NCBI GenBank assembly: GCA_030647095.1
Contig: JAUSKH010000043.1
Span: 1,732 to 65,731 of the forward strand
Length of the DNA stretch: 64,000 bases
Source of the DNA: Nanobdellota archaeon
GTDB lineage: Archaea; Nanobdellota; Nanobdellia; Pacearchaeales; GW2011-AR1
Direction of reading: 5' to 3'
Shown here: piece after piece, positions 29,349-39,059 of the stretch
Position numbering within the stretch: the stretch's first letter is position 1
How the letters are laid out: each line of letters begins with the position of its first letter
Made by a program: the position numbers and the translations under genes
Notes under the pieces: generated by a model
What the model was told of the DNA's origin: nothing
Seen by the model: the letters and a program-made list of their open reading frames with translations, nothing else
Database searches by the model: none

Positions 29349-30431
29349 TTATTCATCCAGGAATTTTATTCCTAATTCTTCTTCAAGTGCATCTGTGGAA
29401 GAAAGAGTTTCTGAAGAGCCAAGAATTTGAGCACTCTTCACGCCTGTTACTATAAGAAGAACTTTAATTGTTTTGCCCATGTCTGGAGATATTTGCGCTC
29501 CTGAAATGATTTTTGCATCTGGAGATACTTTTTCTCCGATTATTTCCATTACTTGTCTATATTCATCTAGGGACATATCTGTTCCTCCTATTATATTTAC
29601 TAAGGCTCCACTTGCATTTGATATATCAACATCAAGAAGGGGATTGTTAATTGCTCGATCAACTGCATCCTTTGCCCTATCTGCTGAATCAGACTCACCT
29701 ATTCCAATCAGCGAGACTCCTCCTTTAGACATTACTGCTTTAACGTCTGCGAAATCCAGATTGACCAGACCTGATTTTGTTATTAACTCGGTAATTCCTT
29801 TTACAGAGTTTGTAAGAATTTCATCTGCGACCTTAAAAGCCGTATGAATAGGTAGATCTGGAGCGATTTCTAATAATTTATCATTAGGAATTACTATTAA
29901 TGTATCAACTATTCCAGCCAACCTTTCAAGACCGTATTGCGCATTTTCTATTCTTTTTTGACCTTCTACTGTAAATGGCAGGGTAACAACGCCTATTGTC
30001 AGAGCGTTTAATTTTTTAGCTATATCTGCTACAACTGGGGCAGAACCTGTTCCTGTTCCTCCTCCTAAACCGCAGGTAATAAAAACTAAATCAGAATCTG
30101 AAAGTTTCTTTTTAATTTCTGCTTCTGATTCTCTGGCGGCAGCTTCTCCTATTCTTGGATCGCTTCCTGCTCCTAAACCACTAGTAAGTTCGCGACCGAT
30201 TAGAATTTTTGTATCTGTGTTTGTATAAAGCAAATCTTGAGCATCTGTATTAATGGCAATAATTTCACAGCCTTTAATACCTATTTCTTTCATCCTAGAG
30301 ACAGAATTGCCACCCCCACCACCACAGCCTACCACTTTGACTCGTGTTGACTGTTTTTGAATCAAGGATTCGAGTTCTTCGTCTATGGCTTGGGTGCTAG
30401 GAGACTCTTTTTCAACCTCTAATAATTGCAT
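29349..30431 (-). CDS. ftsZ: Cell division GTPase FtsZ
   Basis: GCGGGGGNSV and GLGGGTGTGSAPVVA tubulin/FtsZ signatures. Confidence 0.95.
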   Translation of the reverse strand: MQLLEVEKESPSTQAIDEELESLIQKQSTRVKVVGCGGGGGNSVSRMKEIGIKGCEIIAINTDAQDLLYTNTDTKILIGRELTSGLGAGSDPRIGEAAARESEAEIKKKLSDSDLVFITCGLGGGTGTGSAPVVADIAKKLNALTIGVVTLPFTVEGQKRIENAQYGLERLAGIVDTLIVIPNDKLLEIAPDLPIHTAFKVADEILTNSVKGITELITKSGLVNLDFADVKAVMSKGGVSLIGIGESDSADRAKDAVDRAINNPLLDVDISNASGALVNIIGGTDMSLDEYRQVMEIIGEKVSPDAKIISGAQISPDMGKTIKVLLIVTGVKSAQILGSSETLSSTDALEEELGIKFLDE

Positions 30432-30475
30432 TAGTTGGAAACGTAATAGCTATTTATAAGGATTGTTGTAATGAT

Positions 30476-30612
30476 AAAGAGATTTCCTAAGCCTTCGCTA
30501 TCCCCACAGCAAGCTGATGGGGTATTACGCTCGGCTTCAGGACGGAAATCTCTAATTGTCAAATCGGACGACGCAGCAAAGCTGCGGGGTATTAAACCCA
30601 ATTTGACAATAA
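30476..30612. repeat. 137-bp structured intergenic repeat, copy B (immediately upstream of ftsZ)
   Basis: Identical to copy A. Confidence 0.85.
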
Positions 30613-30631
30613 AAAAGCAAGAAAAGTGTTT

Positions 30632-31309
30632 CTACTTTTGAGGTTGTTCTATGTCTGAATGTTTTTTCTTTGGCTTTATTTCCTCAAATTCAAGTTCTTT
30701 TCCTATTAGCTCTTTGAATTTCTCTTTGTATGCGTTTACAAAAAGACCCATATTTTTTGGACCTTTTACTATAACACTTTTTTCTTTGATTTCAAATTCT
30801 GGAGAGAAACGGAAAAAGAAATCAAAAAGGGCAATGCATTTTTCCTTTTCATCATTTACTTTTTGAACTATAGTTAACTTGTAGAGTAAGTCCTTACCTG
30901 CTAGAGGATTATTGAAATCTACTATTACTCTTGCACCTGAAACAGTAAGAATCTTTACCAGATAATTATCAAGTGTTAGGACCATTCCTGGTCTAGGCAT
31001 CACCTTATTTTCAGTAAATGCTGATAAAGGTATTGTTTTAATAAGTTCTCTTTTTCTTGGGCCAAAAGCTTCTGAGTAAGGAACCTTTATTTCATAATCT
31101 TTGCCTATTTCTTTATCTAACAATTCTTTGTCCAAACCATAGACGACCATTCCTTCGCCTATTGCTACAATGGTCTTTTTAGGTTCTGCTTTTTCATTTA
31201 TCTTTTTAAGATCTTCTGGGATATTTGAATCAAATATCTCTCCATTTGCTAAACCTGTATACTTTATTTCTATGAAGTCTTTTTTCTTTACTGTTATGTT
31301 TTCACTCAT
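30632..31309 (-). CDS. FKBP-type peptidyl-prolyl cis-trans isomerase (SlyD-like long archaeal FKBP)
   Basis: GEIFDSN (DGxxFDSS-like), PLAGKDL (HPLAG-like) and an FKBP core pattern. Confidence 0.75.
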   Translation of the reverse strand: MSENITVKKKDFIEIKYTGLANGEIFDSNIPEDLKKINEKAEPKKTIVAIGEGMVVYGLDKELLDKEIGKDYEIKVPYSEAFGPRKRELIKTIPLSAFTENKVMPRPGMVLTLDNYLVKILTVSGARVIVDFNNPLAGKDLLYKLTIVQKVNDEKEKCIALFDFFFRFSPEFEIKEKSVIVKGPKNMGLFVNAYKEKFKELIGKELEFEEIKPKKKHSDIEQPQK

Positions 31310-31447
31310 CTATAGAGTTGAGAAAGAGGGTTTAAAAAATCTTCTGAGGATTATTTATTGTCAAATTGATTTATAAATGTTAGTCTGGTGTTAAGTCCAA
31401 TTCATAACTTAAACAAGATTTATAAATCCTCTTTTCGACACAACAAT

Positions 31448-31837
31448 ATGGTTTTAAGACTCACTGATGCACATTCGGCAAAGCCAGGCACTATTATCCT
31501 TGTTAATAATGAACCTTTTCAGGTTAATTCAAATGATATCAGCAAAACAGGAAAGCATGGAGCAAGTAAATGTAGAATTGAAGCCATAGGTGTATTTAAT
31601 GGAAAGAAAAAGATAATTGCTGTTCCTGGAGCTGAAAGATTTGATGTGCCTAATGTTTCTAAACGAAGAGCCCAGGTATTAAGTGTAGGAGAGAACACGG
31701 TTTCTGTTATGGATCTTGAAAGTTATGAAACAATTGATATTCCTTATATGGAAGAACTTAAAGGGCAGATTATGCCGGAGAAACAAATAGAGTATTGGGA
31801 TGTAGAAGGAAAAAAGGTAATAATGAAGGTATTCTAA
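31448..31837 (+). CDS. eif5a: Translation initiation factor 5A (aIF-5A)
   Basis: Hypusine loop SKTGKHGASKCRIEAIG. Start taken at MVLRLTDAH. Confidence 0.85.
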   Translation: MVLRLTDAHSAKPGTIILVNNEPFQVNSNDISKTGKHGASKCRIEAIGVFNGKKKIIAVPGAERFDVPNVSKRRAQVLSVGENTVSVMDLESYETIDIPYMEELKGQIMPEKQIEYWDVEGKKVIMKVF

Positions 31838-31912
31838 CTATGGTAAATGAAAAAATAAAGTATTTGGTAAAGGGAATAAATGATAACCGGACAGGAGAAT
31901 CTTTAGTTTAAG

Positions 31913-32077
31913 ATGGCAACTAAAATACTTGCGGCACAAAAGAGAATGTTTGGAAATGTTTTTGTATGCAAGAATTGTAGTAAGAAGATTAGAACTCAGG
32001 CAGTTAGAATTATAGCTGGAAAAATAAAATGCCCTAGATGTAGTAGTCATGCGTTTAGACCTATAAGGAAGAAGTAA
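31913..32077 (+). CDS. rpl40e: 50S ribosomal protein L40e (54 aa; not in the ORF track)
   Basis: MATKILAAQKRMFGNVFVCKNCSKKIRTQAVRIIAGKIKCPRCSSHAFRPIRKK, with the C-x2-C...C-x2-C ...RPxRKK pattern of eL40. Confidence 0.55.
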   Translation: MATKILAAQKRMFGNVFVCKNCSKKIRTQAVRIIAGKIKCPRCSSHAFRPIRKK

Positions 32078-32094
32078 TGAAAATTTGAGGTTAA

Positions 32095-33516
32095 ATGAAT
32101 TTCATATTGTATGATATATTATTTTTAGTATTATTTACTTTAGCTGTGGTGCTTTTTCTATATACTAGAAGAAAAAATCTTCAAAGACAGGGTTTACTTT
32201 ACTTGTATAAAACAAAAGTAGGAATAAAGTTTATTGATTGGAGTGCAAAGAAATTTGAAAAGATTTTGAAACCTTTGCAATATGTTGTAATTGCTTCTGG
32301 ATATATTTTGATGATATCTATGGTATGGTTTCTAGCAAAATTCTCATGGTTCTACTTGACTTCACCAACAGCTGCCAGAGAATTGAAGATTCCTGTTTTG
32401 TTGCCTCTTTTACCTTATTTGCCTGAAATATTTAAGTTAGATTTTCTTCCTCCATTTTATTTCACCTATTGGATTATTATAATTGCTATAGTTGCAATTC
32501 CACATGAATTTGCACACGGTATTTTTGCACGTTTGAATAAATTTAAAATACACTCTACTGGATTCGGTTTCTTAGGACCTTTCCTTGCTGCGTTTGTAGA
32601 ACCAGATGAAAAACAGATGGAAAAAGCAAAGAAATTCCCTCAGCTAGCCGTACTTGCAGCAGGAACCTTTGCTAATGTTATTTTCACCCTTATTTTTGTT
32701 CTTCTTATAGGTGCTTTTGTATCGACTGCGTTTACGCCTGCTGGAGTATATTTTACATATCCTGGTGCTATTGTTAATAATTCTGATATCGGTTCTATTG
32801 GTGGACATTCTTTTGCAGAGATTAAAAATAACCCATTATTGATAGAAAATAATAGTGTTTTTGAATTTACTATAGGTAATGAAACTTATTTGACAACTTC
32901 TAGTGTACTTGAAGGTAGTATAAAAAATAATTTGAGTTATATGGGTGTTTCTCCAAATACTCCTGCATTTAGAGCGCAGATTGTGGGTGCAATTAGCGAG
33001 ATCAATGGAGAAAAAATAAACTCTTATCAGTCTATGAAAGATGTTCTAGGTAAGCTTCATCCTGGGGACAAGGTTACTGTTAAAACAATATATAAAGAAA
33101 ACTTAAGAGCTGATCCTGAAGTTCGAGAATATAATGTAACTTTAGCTGACAGAGACGGTAAAGCTTTCTTGGGTATAGGAGTGTTGAGTCCTCCTAAAGC
33201 TGGAGGAATTATAGGAGTTATTTACAATATTGTTGCCCATATAAAAGATCCTACTGTTTATTATGATTCAAATATAGGAGAATTTGGAAATTTCATTTAT
33301 GATTTACTTTGGTGGACTGCATTGATAAGTATCAGCGTTGCTCTTGTAAATATGCTTCCTATGGGAATATTTGATGGAGGAAGATTCTTCTATCTGACAG
33401 TATGGGGAATAACCAGAAGTGAAAAAATTGGTAAGAAGGCTTATAAGATTTCTACAGCTATAATCTTGACTGTTGTTGCTTTGTTAATGATAAAATGGGT
33501 TGTTGCTTTTATTTAA
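32095..33516 (+). CDS. Site-2 protease (M50 family) with PDZ-like insertion
   Basis: HEFAHG (HExxH) within a TM segment and a C-terminal LPMGIFDGG (LDG motif). Multi-TM. Confidence 0.8.
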   Translation: MNFILYDILFLVLFTLAVVLFLYTRRKNLQRQGLLYLYKTKVGIKFIDWSAKKFEKILKPLQYVVIASGYILMISMVWFLAKFSWFYLTSPTAARELKIPVLLPLLPYLPEIFKLDFLPPFYFTYWIIIIAIVAIPHEFAHGIFARLNKFKIHSTGFGFLGPFLAAFVEPDEKQMEKAKKFPQLAVLAAGTFANVIFTLIFVLLIGAFVSTAFTPAGVYFTYPGAIVNNSDIGSIGGHSFAEIKNNPLLIENNSVFEFTIGNETYLTTSSVLEGSIKNNLSYMGVSPNTPAFRAQIVGAISEINGEKINSYQSMKDVLGKLHPGDKVTVKTIYKENLRADPEVREYNVTLADRDGKAFLGIGVLSPPKAGGIIGVIYNIVAHIKDPTVYYDSNIGEFGNFIYDLLWWTALISISVALVNMLPMGIFDGGRFFYLTVWGITRSEKIGKKAYKISTAIILTVVALLMIKWVVAFI

Positions 33517-33561
33517 GTTTTAGATAGAAAGAATTATAAATATTATCCTGTTTGAGATTTA

Positions 33562-34131
33562 ATGGTTAAAGGAGTTGGTTTTAACGTAAATTTTGTTTTA
33601 GTAATCTCTCTTATTGGTTTTGTATTTCTTTTAGCTATGTATCCGCAGTTTAATGCTCGCGTGGTAGATAATAATTACCCTGCGAAAACTAATAGTTCAA
33701 TAGTTTACTGGTTTTTACTTGTGCTTGTTGGTGGGTGTGCAATTGCTATGCTAGATTTACGAAGAAAATTATTAGAAAGTGGTCTTGTAGCAAAGGTGAG
33801 TGGTTCGAGCGCTGGTAAATACCAAGAACATAGACAGGGTAAGAATCTTGGAACGCAAACTAGTGCGAATGCTATGGGAGAAGAGTCTTTACAAATAGGA
33901 GAGAACTTATTGCGGTATGCTGAAAAAGATGTAAATGATGGTGTAAACAAAAATCGAGTTATTGATGAATATTTTGGAGCAATAGATTATATAAGTCATG
34001 TTAAACCGTCAAATAATCGTGAAGGAGCATTGAGAGAGGCCTTACTTAAACGTGCATATAACGATTTAGCTAAATTGTATGGTCCTTACGATTTTGATAA
34101 GGCTGTTAAAGAACGTAGTTCCAAAAGATAA
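33562..34131 (+). CDS. Hypothetical membrane protein
   Basis: Two N-terminal TM segments. ORF only. Confidence 0.4.
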   Translation: MVKGVGFNVNFVLVISLIGFVFLLAMYPQFNARVVDNNYPAKTNSSIVYWFLLVLVGGCAIAMLDLRRKLLESGLVAKVSGSSAGKYQEHRQGKNLGTQTSANAMGEESLQIGENLLRYAEKDVNDGVNKNRVIDEYFGAIDYISHVKPSNNREGALREALLKRAYNDLAKLYGPYDFDKAVKERSSKR

Positions 34132-34138
34132 ATAATAA

Positions 34139-34495
34139 TTAAGTAAGAAATTCAATTCCTTCTTTTGTATAAGCTACGAGACGAATGCCTACTGGAACGC
34201 TTAATAAGGCAGAAACAAGAGCCATGTGCTCTTTGCCTGTGCCAGAAGCTATAGACAAGTTAACTTCAAAGTCTCCTGAAAGTTCTTTTTTTAGTTTTTC
34301 TAATAAATAGGATTTAAGATTTACAAGAGACAAGGATGAATCAATTTCTATAACTATACAGCGATCGTTGACTGGAAATGATTCTGCATTCCTATTTTTT
34401 ACTATAATTGCTTTTTCATATTCTGCTCTATTAAGTAAAGCAAGTATTTGTCCCCAATTTTCCTTATCAGTTCCTACAGAAGCTACTATTTCCAT
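34139..34495 (-). CDS. Hypothetical 118-aa protein
   Basis: ORF only. Confidence 0.3.
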   Translation of the reverse strand: MEIVASVGTDKENWGQILALLNRAEYEKAIIVKNRNAESFPVNDRCIVIEIDSSLSLVNLKSYLLEKLKKELSGDFEVNLSIASGTGKEHMALVSALLSVPVGIRLVAYTKEGIEFLT

Positions 34496-34545
34496 TGAAC
34501 GAAGAGAAACAGTAGATTTATAATAATTGTTATTGTTGAAAAGAG

Positions 34546-34998
34546 ATGGTAAAGGATATTCCTTTAGGTGAAGTCATTCTAAGAAAATATGAAAAACCTT
34601 ATGATTCTTCTAAAAGAGAGCTTGTTAGGAAGGTTTGCCTGAGTCTCGGACTTTTACAGCCTGGAGATTCGAGAGATATTATTGTTGATTTAGTTTTAGT
34701 GTTGGAAGAGGCGCGTATTCAGAAAGTTTGGCTAACATCTTTTCAGATAAGAGATAAAGTGGAAATTATGCGTAAAGAAAATTCTCTTGAAATTAAAGGG
34801 CTTGCTGAATCAAATATTAGAAGACAGCTGAAAAGATTGAGGGATGCGATGCTTGTTGACAAGCAAGAAAATAAATATAGAATATCTGAGTTTGCAACTC
34901 TTTCTGAATTGTTTGAAAATAAGATTGAGAGATTTTTGATTCCGCAGACAATTGAAAGAATAAAAGAATATCTAAAAAAGCTTGAAGGAGTAAAATAA
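34546..34998 (+). CDS. Putative winged-helix DNA-binding protein
   Basis: ESNIRRQLKRLRDAMLVDKQENKYRI wHTH-like segment. Confidence 0.35.
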   Translation: MVKDIPLGEVILRKYEKPYDSSKRELVRKVCLSLGLLQPGDSRDIIVDLVLVLEEARIQKVWLTSFQIRDKVEIMRKENSLEIKGLAESNIRRQLKRLRDAMLVDKQENKYRISEFATLSELFENKIERFLIPQTIERIKEYLKKLEGVK

Positions 34999-35052
34999 TC
35001 TAGTATATTGAAGGATAGAAATTAATTTAAATTGAGGTTGAACTAGTTATTT

Positions 35053-35319
35053 ATGGATAAAGAAAGATTTGTTGAAATTATTCTTGAAGAAAATCCTGTT
35101 GCTGCGAAATATGGAAAGACTAGAGGGGCGTTGGATACGTTATACGGATGCCTTAATAATGATTCTATCACTGAAGAGCAGGTTAAATTATATGGATATG
35201 CTCTTAGAATGGGGTATGTTATTGGAAAGGCAGAAGAATCTGAAGCAACTAGCCATTTAGAAAGATTTGTTGATGCAGTGATTTCCAGAGCGGGAAAATA
35301 TTCTTTGCGTAAAAAATAG
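35053..35319 (+). CDS. Hypothetical 88-aa protein
   Basis: ORF only. Confidence 0.3.
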   Translation: MDKERFVEIILEENPVAAKYGKTRGALDTLYGCLNNDSITEEQVKLYGYALRMGYVIGKAEESEATSHLERFVDAVISRAGKYSLRKK

Positions 35320-35462
35320 ATATAGTGAAAAACATAGATAATTGAGCAGCATATTATGTTTTCCCCTTGATGTCAAGACATAACCGCTTAATTTAAAATG
35401 TCATTGACTATAGTCCAGAACAAAAATGTTTTTATACTGAATTATAATCATTTGTAAATAAA

Positions 35463-36914
35463 ATGATTGCGAATTTTAATGGCAAGGTTGCTGTTATCGG
35501 AAATGGAGCGGTTTCTCAATGTACTATTCCTATTTTTCTTAGTCGTAAACATGTATCTGTTCCTGAAAAAAATATTACTGTAATTGATTTTGAGGATAAG
35601 AGAGAACAATTAAAACCGTTTATGGAAAGAGGAATAAATTTTGTTCAAGAGAAAGTTACTAGAAATAACCTTGGAAAGGTTTTATCTAAATATGCTGGAA
35701 ATCGTGGCTTGGTTATTGACCTTGCATGGAATATTGGGGCAGATGATATTATTGATTGGTGTCATCGTCACGATACACTTTATGTGAATACTTCTGTTGA
35801 GCTATGGGATCCTTATGAGCCAAAAGTTATTTTTGATAAAACTTTGTATTCCAGACAGATGAATCTAAAAAAGCTTACAGCTAACTGGTCAAATGATTCT
35901 ACAACTGCTGTAGTAGATCACGGAGCAAATCCAGGTCTTATTTCTCATTTTACAAAACAAGCATTGATTGATATTGCTGACCGTCAAATTAACGGTTGTT
36001 TTGGAACTAGCAAAGAAGGGATTGCACATTATAGAGAACTTCAAGATTTCCCTAGATTAGCTCAAGCGTTAGGAGTAAAGGTTATTCATTGCAGTGAAAG
36101 AGATACACAGATTACTAATAGACCTAAACAGGTTGACGAATTTGTTAACACTTGGAGTATTGAAGGATTTAGAGAAGAAGGAACAGCTCCAGCTGAAATG
36201 GGTTGGGGAACTCACGAAGAAATGCATCCTCCTTTGGCGCATACAGCTCCCGATGGTTGTGGTCCTCAAAATCAAATTTTCTTAGCAAGAATGGGAATTA
36301 ATACTTGGGCAAGATCTTGGGTTCCTGAAGTTGGAGAAATAGAGGGCATGATTATAAGACATGGAGAGGCTTTTGGAATATCTGATAGGTTGACTGTGTG
36401 GGAAAATGGAAAGGCTGTTTATAGACCGACGGTTCATTATGTTTACATGCCCTGCCATGAGGCTATTTCTTCATTAGCAGAATTAAGGTCAAGACATTAT
36501 GATTTACAGCCTAAATTAAGAATCATGACTGATGAAATTATTTCTGGAAAAGATATTCTTGGTGCTTTAGTTATGGGGCATGCTTACAATTCTTGGTGGA
36601 CAGGAAGCAGTTTAAGTATAGAACAAACTAGAGAAATAATTCCTGGACAGAATGCTACAACTCTCCAAGTGGCTGCAGGAGTTATTTCTGCAGTGAAATG
36701 GATGATAGAAAATCCAAGGAGAGGTTTATGCATTCCTGATGATTTACCTCATGATTATATTTTGAATGAAGCTAAACCTTATTTGGGAGATTTTATATCT
36801 ATGCCCTCTGACTGGACTCCTCTTAAAAATAGATCTGTTTTCTTTCCTGAAAATAAAGATAGCATAATTAATGGAGATCCTTGGCAATTTAGGAGTTACG
36901 CACCTCTTCCTTAA
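35463..36914 (+). CDS. Homospermidine synthase-like NAD-dependent enzyme (saccharopine dehydrogenase superfamily)
   Basis: N-terminal Rossmann GKVAVIGNGAVSQ. ~480 aa, the length typical of bacterial HSS. Adjacent to ornithine decarboxylase. Confidence 0.5.
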   Translation: MIANFNGKVAVIGNGAVSQCTIPIFLSRKHVSVPEKNITVIDFEDKREQLKPFMERGINFVQEKVTRNNLGKVLSKYAGNRGLVIDLAWNIGADDIIDWCHRHDTLYVNTSVELWDPYEPKVIFDKTLYSRQMNLKKLTANWSNDSTTAVVDHGANPGLISHFTKQALIDIADRQINGCFGTSKEGIAHYRELQDFPRLAQALGVKVIHCSERDTQITNRPKQVDEFVNTWSIEGFREEGTAPAEMGWGTHEEMHPPLAHTAPDGCGPQNQIFLARMGINTWARSWVPEVGEIEGMIIRHGEAFGISDRLTVWENGKAVYRPTVHYVYMPCHEAISSLAELRSRHYDLQPKLRIMTDEIISGKDILGALVMGHAYNSWWTGSSLSIEQTREIIPGQNATTLQVAAGVISAVKWMIENPRRGLCIPDDLPHDYILNEAKPYLGDFISMPSDWTPLKNRSVFFPENKDSIINGDPWQFRSYAPLP

Positions 36915-36915
36915 G

Positions 36916-38115
36916 ATGAATAAAAAATATTTGCAAGAGCTTGTTATTCAAAATGAGACTCCCCTTCTAGTTATTGATCATGCACAAATAAGAAGGAATT
37001 ATCAGGAATTTAGAGAAAGACTTCCACGAGTGCAGGTTTATTATGCTGTAAAGGCGAATCCAGTTCCTGAAATCGTTAGAACCCTTTTTGAAGAAGGATC
37101 CAGCTTTGATGTAGCGTCACGATCTGAATTTGAAGTTGTTTTTGATACTGTGAGAAATCTTCCTCCTTTGGAGTTGGAAAAATTTATTTGGGATAAACTT
37201 ATTTATGCAAATCCTGTAAAAAAACCAGATTCTCTTCACCTGCTTCACGCTTACAAACCTTTGCTTACATATGATAGCGAAGAGGAAATGGGCAAAATAC
37301 TCAAGCACTGTCCTGAAGCAGGCTTGCTTTTGAGAGTAAAAGTCAGTGATGAAGGTTCTATGGTGAAATTATCCAATAAATTTGGAATAGAGCCAGAAAA
37401 AGCTAGTGAACTTATTAAGAAAACTATTGATGCAGGCTTAAATGTAGAAGGAATAAGTTTTCATGTAGGAAGCCAGTGTACTGACCCTTCAAAATTTGTC
37501 AAGGCTTTAGAAAGTGTGGCTGGAATATTTCAGGAGGCAGATTCGAAGGGTTATGATATTGGGGAAAGTATAACGCGAGGGTATCGCGTTAAAATAGTAG
37601 ACCTTGGAGGAGGTTTTCCTGTGAGATATAATGGGCAGGAACAATCTTTTAAAGGATTGTCAAAAGTCCTGATGAAAGAATTAGATAGATTATTTCCAGA
37701 GGATAAAACAGCCATATTAGCAGAGCCTGGAAGGTTTATGGTTGCAAATACAGGAACTGCAGTATCAAAAGTAATTCTAGCAAAACATTCGACAAATCCT
37801 CCAGCTTATCACCTTGACGACGGCGTTTATCATACTTTTTCAGCTATGATATATGATCATGTTCCTCTTAATTTAGAAGCATTTAAAGAAGGAGAGAAGG
37901 CTGAATGCCAAGTATTTGGACCAACATGTGACGGGCTTGATTGTCTCTCAGAAAACGAGTATATTCCTAATTCTTCTAAAATATTTTTGCCTAGGCTTGA
38001 AGAAGGTGACTTTGTATATGCTGAGAATATGGGGGCTTATTCATCTGCCTCTTCAACTAATTTCAATGGGATGCCTTCTGCGAAAATTCTACATGTTAAT
38101 GTGAAGAAGAAATAA
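36916..38115 (+). CDS. Ornithine decarboxylase-type PLP-dependent decarboxylase (fold III)
   Basis: YYAVKANPVPEIV (PLP Lys), IVDLGGGFPV and GPTCDGLDCL signature motifs. Start taken at MNKKYLQ to avoid overlap with the upstream gene. Confidence 0.8.
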   Translation: MNKKYLQELVIQNETPLLVIDHAQIRRNYQEFRERLPRVQVYYAVKANPVPEIVRTLFEEGSSFDVASRSEFEVVFDTVRNLPPLELEKFIWDKLIYANPVKKPDSLHLLHAYKPLLTYDSEEEMGKILKHCPEAGLLLRVKVSDEGSMVKLSNKFGIEPEKASELIKKTIDAGLNVEGISFHVGSQCTDPSKFVKALESVAGIFQEADSKGYDIGESITRGYRVKIVDLGGGFPVRYNGQEQSFKGLSKVLMKELDRLFPEDKTAILAEPGRFMVANTGTAVSKVILAKHSTNPPAYHLDDGVYHTFSAMIYDHVPLNLEAFKEGEKAECQVFGPTCDGLDCLSENEYIPNSSKIFLPRLEEGDFVYAENMGAYSSASSTNFNGMPSAKILHVNVKKK

Positions 38116-38257
38116 TCCTTTGATCAGATTTTCTATACAAAGCAAATAAAAAGTCTTTGTGTGAATAGTCCTTAGAAGGGGTTACTTATTACACAGAATT
38201 TCTATTATTTCTAAGTAGTCGCTTAGATATTTATAGTTAAAAAATGGAAAACCATTC

Positions 38258-38761
38258 ATGATTAAAATAAGAGACATAAGGGCAAAGCATCTTGGAAAGG
38301 AAATAGAAGTCAGAGGAAGAATAGAACATATTAGTGCGGTGCTTCCCACTGTTGAAAGTGCTACCTTTGAATGTCCATCCTGCGGTAAGAATCTCATAGT
38401 TAAACAGATTGATAGAGTATTTAGAGAGCCAACTAGATGTCCTTGTAATTGGCAAGGTGCTTTTAAGCTGTTATCTAAAGATTTTAATGATGTTATGAGA
38501 ATTGTACTGCAACAGCTTAAAGAAGATTTAGACAAGGGTGAGGATGAATTAAGCGAGAATGATGAAAACCTTTTGTCTAGAGAGATCAAAGTATTCTTAA
38601 AAGGGGATTTATGTGATCCTAAAAATCTGATGATTGTTAAACCAAAAAAGACCGTTGTTGTAAAGGGCCACCTAGAAGAAGTCCCTGTTTTTTATGATGA
38701 TGGTAACATTTCAACAAGATTTGATATTGCAATTGACGCAAGCAAGATTAAAGAGTATTAA
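38258..38761 (+). CDS. Standalone MCM N-terminal domain-like protein (OB-fold plus C4 zinc finger); likely a remnant of an MCM helicase gene
   Basis: IRDIRAKHLGKEIEVRGRIEHISAVLPTVESATFECPSCGK...FREPTRCPCNWQGAFKLL matches the MCM N-domain pattern. No AAA+ region follows. Confidence 0.55.
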   Translation: MIKIRDIRAKHLGKEIEVRGRIEHISAVLPTVESATFECPSCGKNLIVKQIDRVFREPTRCPCNWQGAFKLLSKDFNDVMRIVLQQLKEDLDKGEDELSENDENLLSREIKVFLKGDLCDPKNLMIVKPKKTVVVKGHLEEVPVFYDDGNISTRFDIAIDASKIKEY

Positions 38762-38882
38762 TTTAAGTTTTGTGCAACCTACCTCCAAATTTGTGCAGGA
38801 AATATTTACTCATAAGGAATTGTGCAAAGCCAAATAAAAAGTACATTGTTAACTTAACGGGTGCTAAGAACATCAAAAAAAT

Positions 38883-39032
38883 TTAAGTCTTTTTCTTGCG
38901 TTTTCTTGGTTTGTTCCAATATGGGCTTTTACATTCAGGACATACAGAGGGTTCTTCGTTTCCTCTCGGTATCCATTTATGCTGACATCTTTCGCATTGA
39001 AAACCCTCAACCTCAAATTTAATCTTTCCCAT
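38883..39032 (-). CDS. Small zinc-ribbon protein (49 aa; not in the ORF track)
   Basis: MGKIKFEVEGFQCERCQHKWIPRGNEEPSVCPECKSPYWNKPRKRKKKT, C-x2-C...C-x2-C. Confidence 0.35.
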   Translation of the reverse strand: MGKIKFEVEGFQCERCQHKWIPRGNEEPSVCPECKSPYWNKPRKRKKKT

Positions 39033-39059
39033 AGTTATTATACTACTAACAAGTATATA

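Noticed and set aside
29473-29847. 124-aa plus-strand ORF within ftsZ
   Set aside because: Antisense to ftsZ. The Ser/Ile-rich translation is typical of reverse frames.
36069-37308. Small ORFs (63-68 aa) inside the HSS-like and ODC genes
   Set aside because: Embedded in or antisense to well-supported enzyme CDSs.
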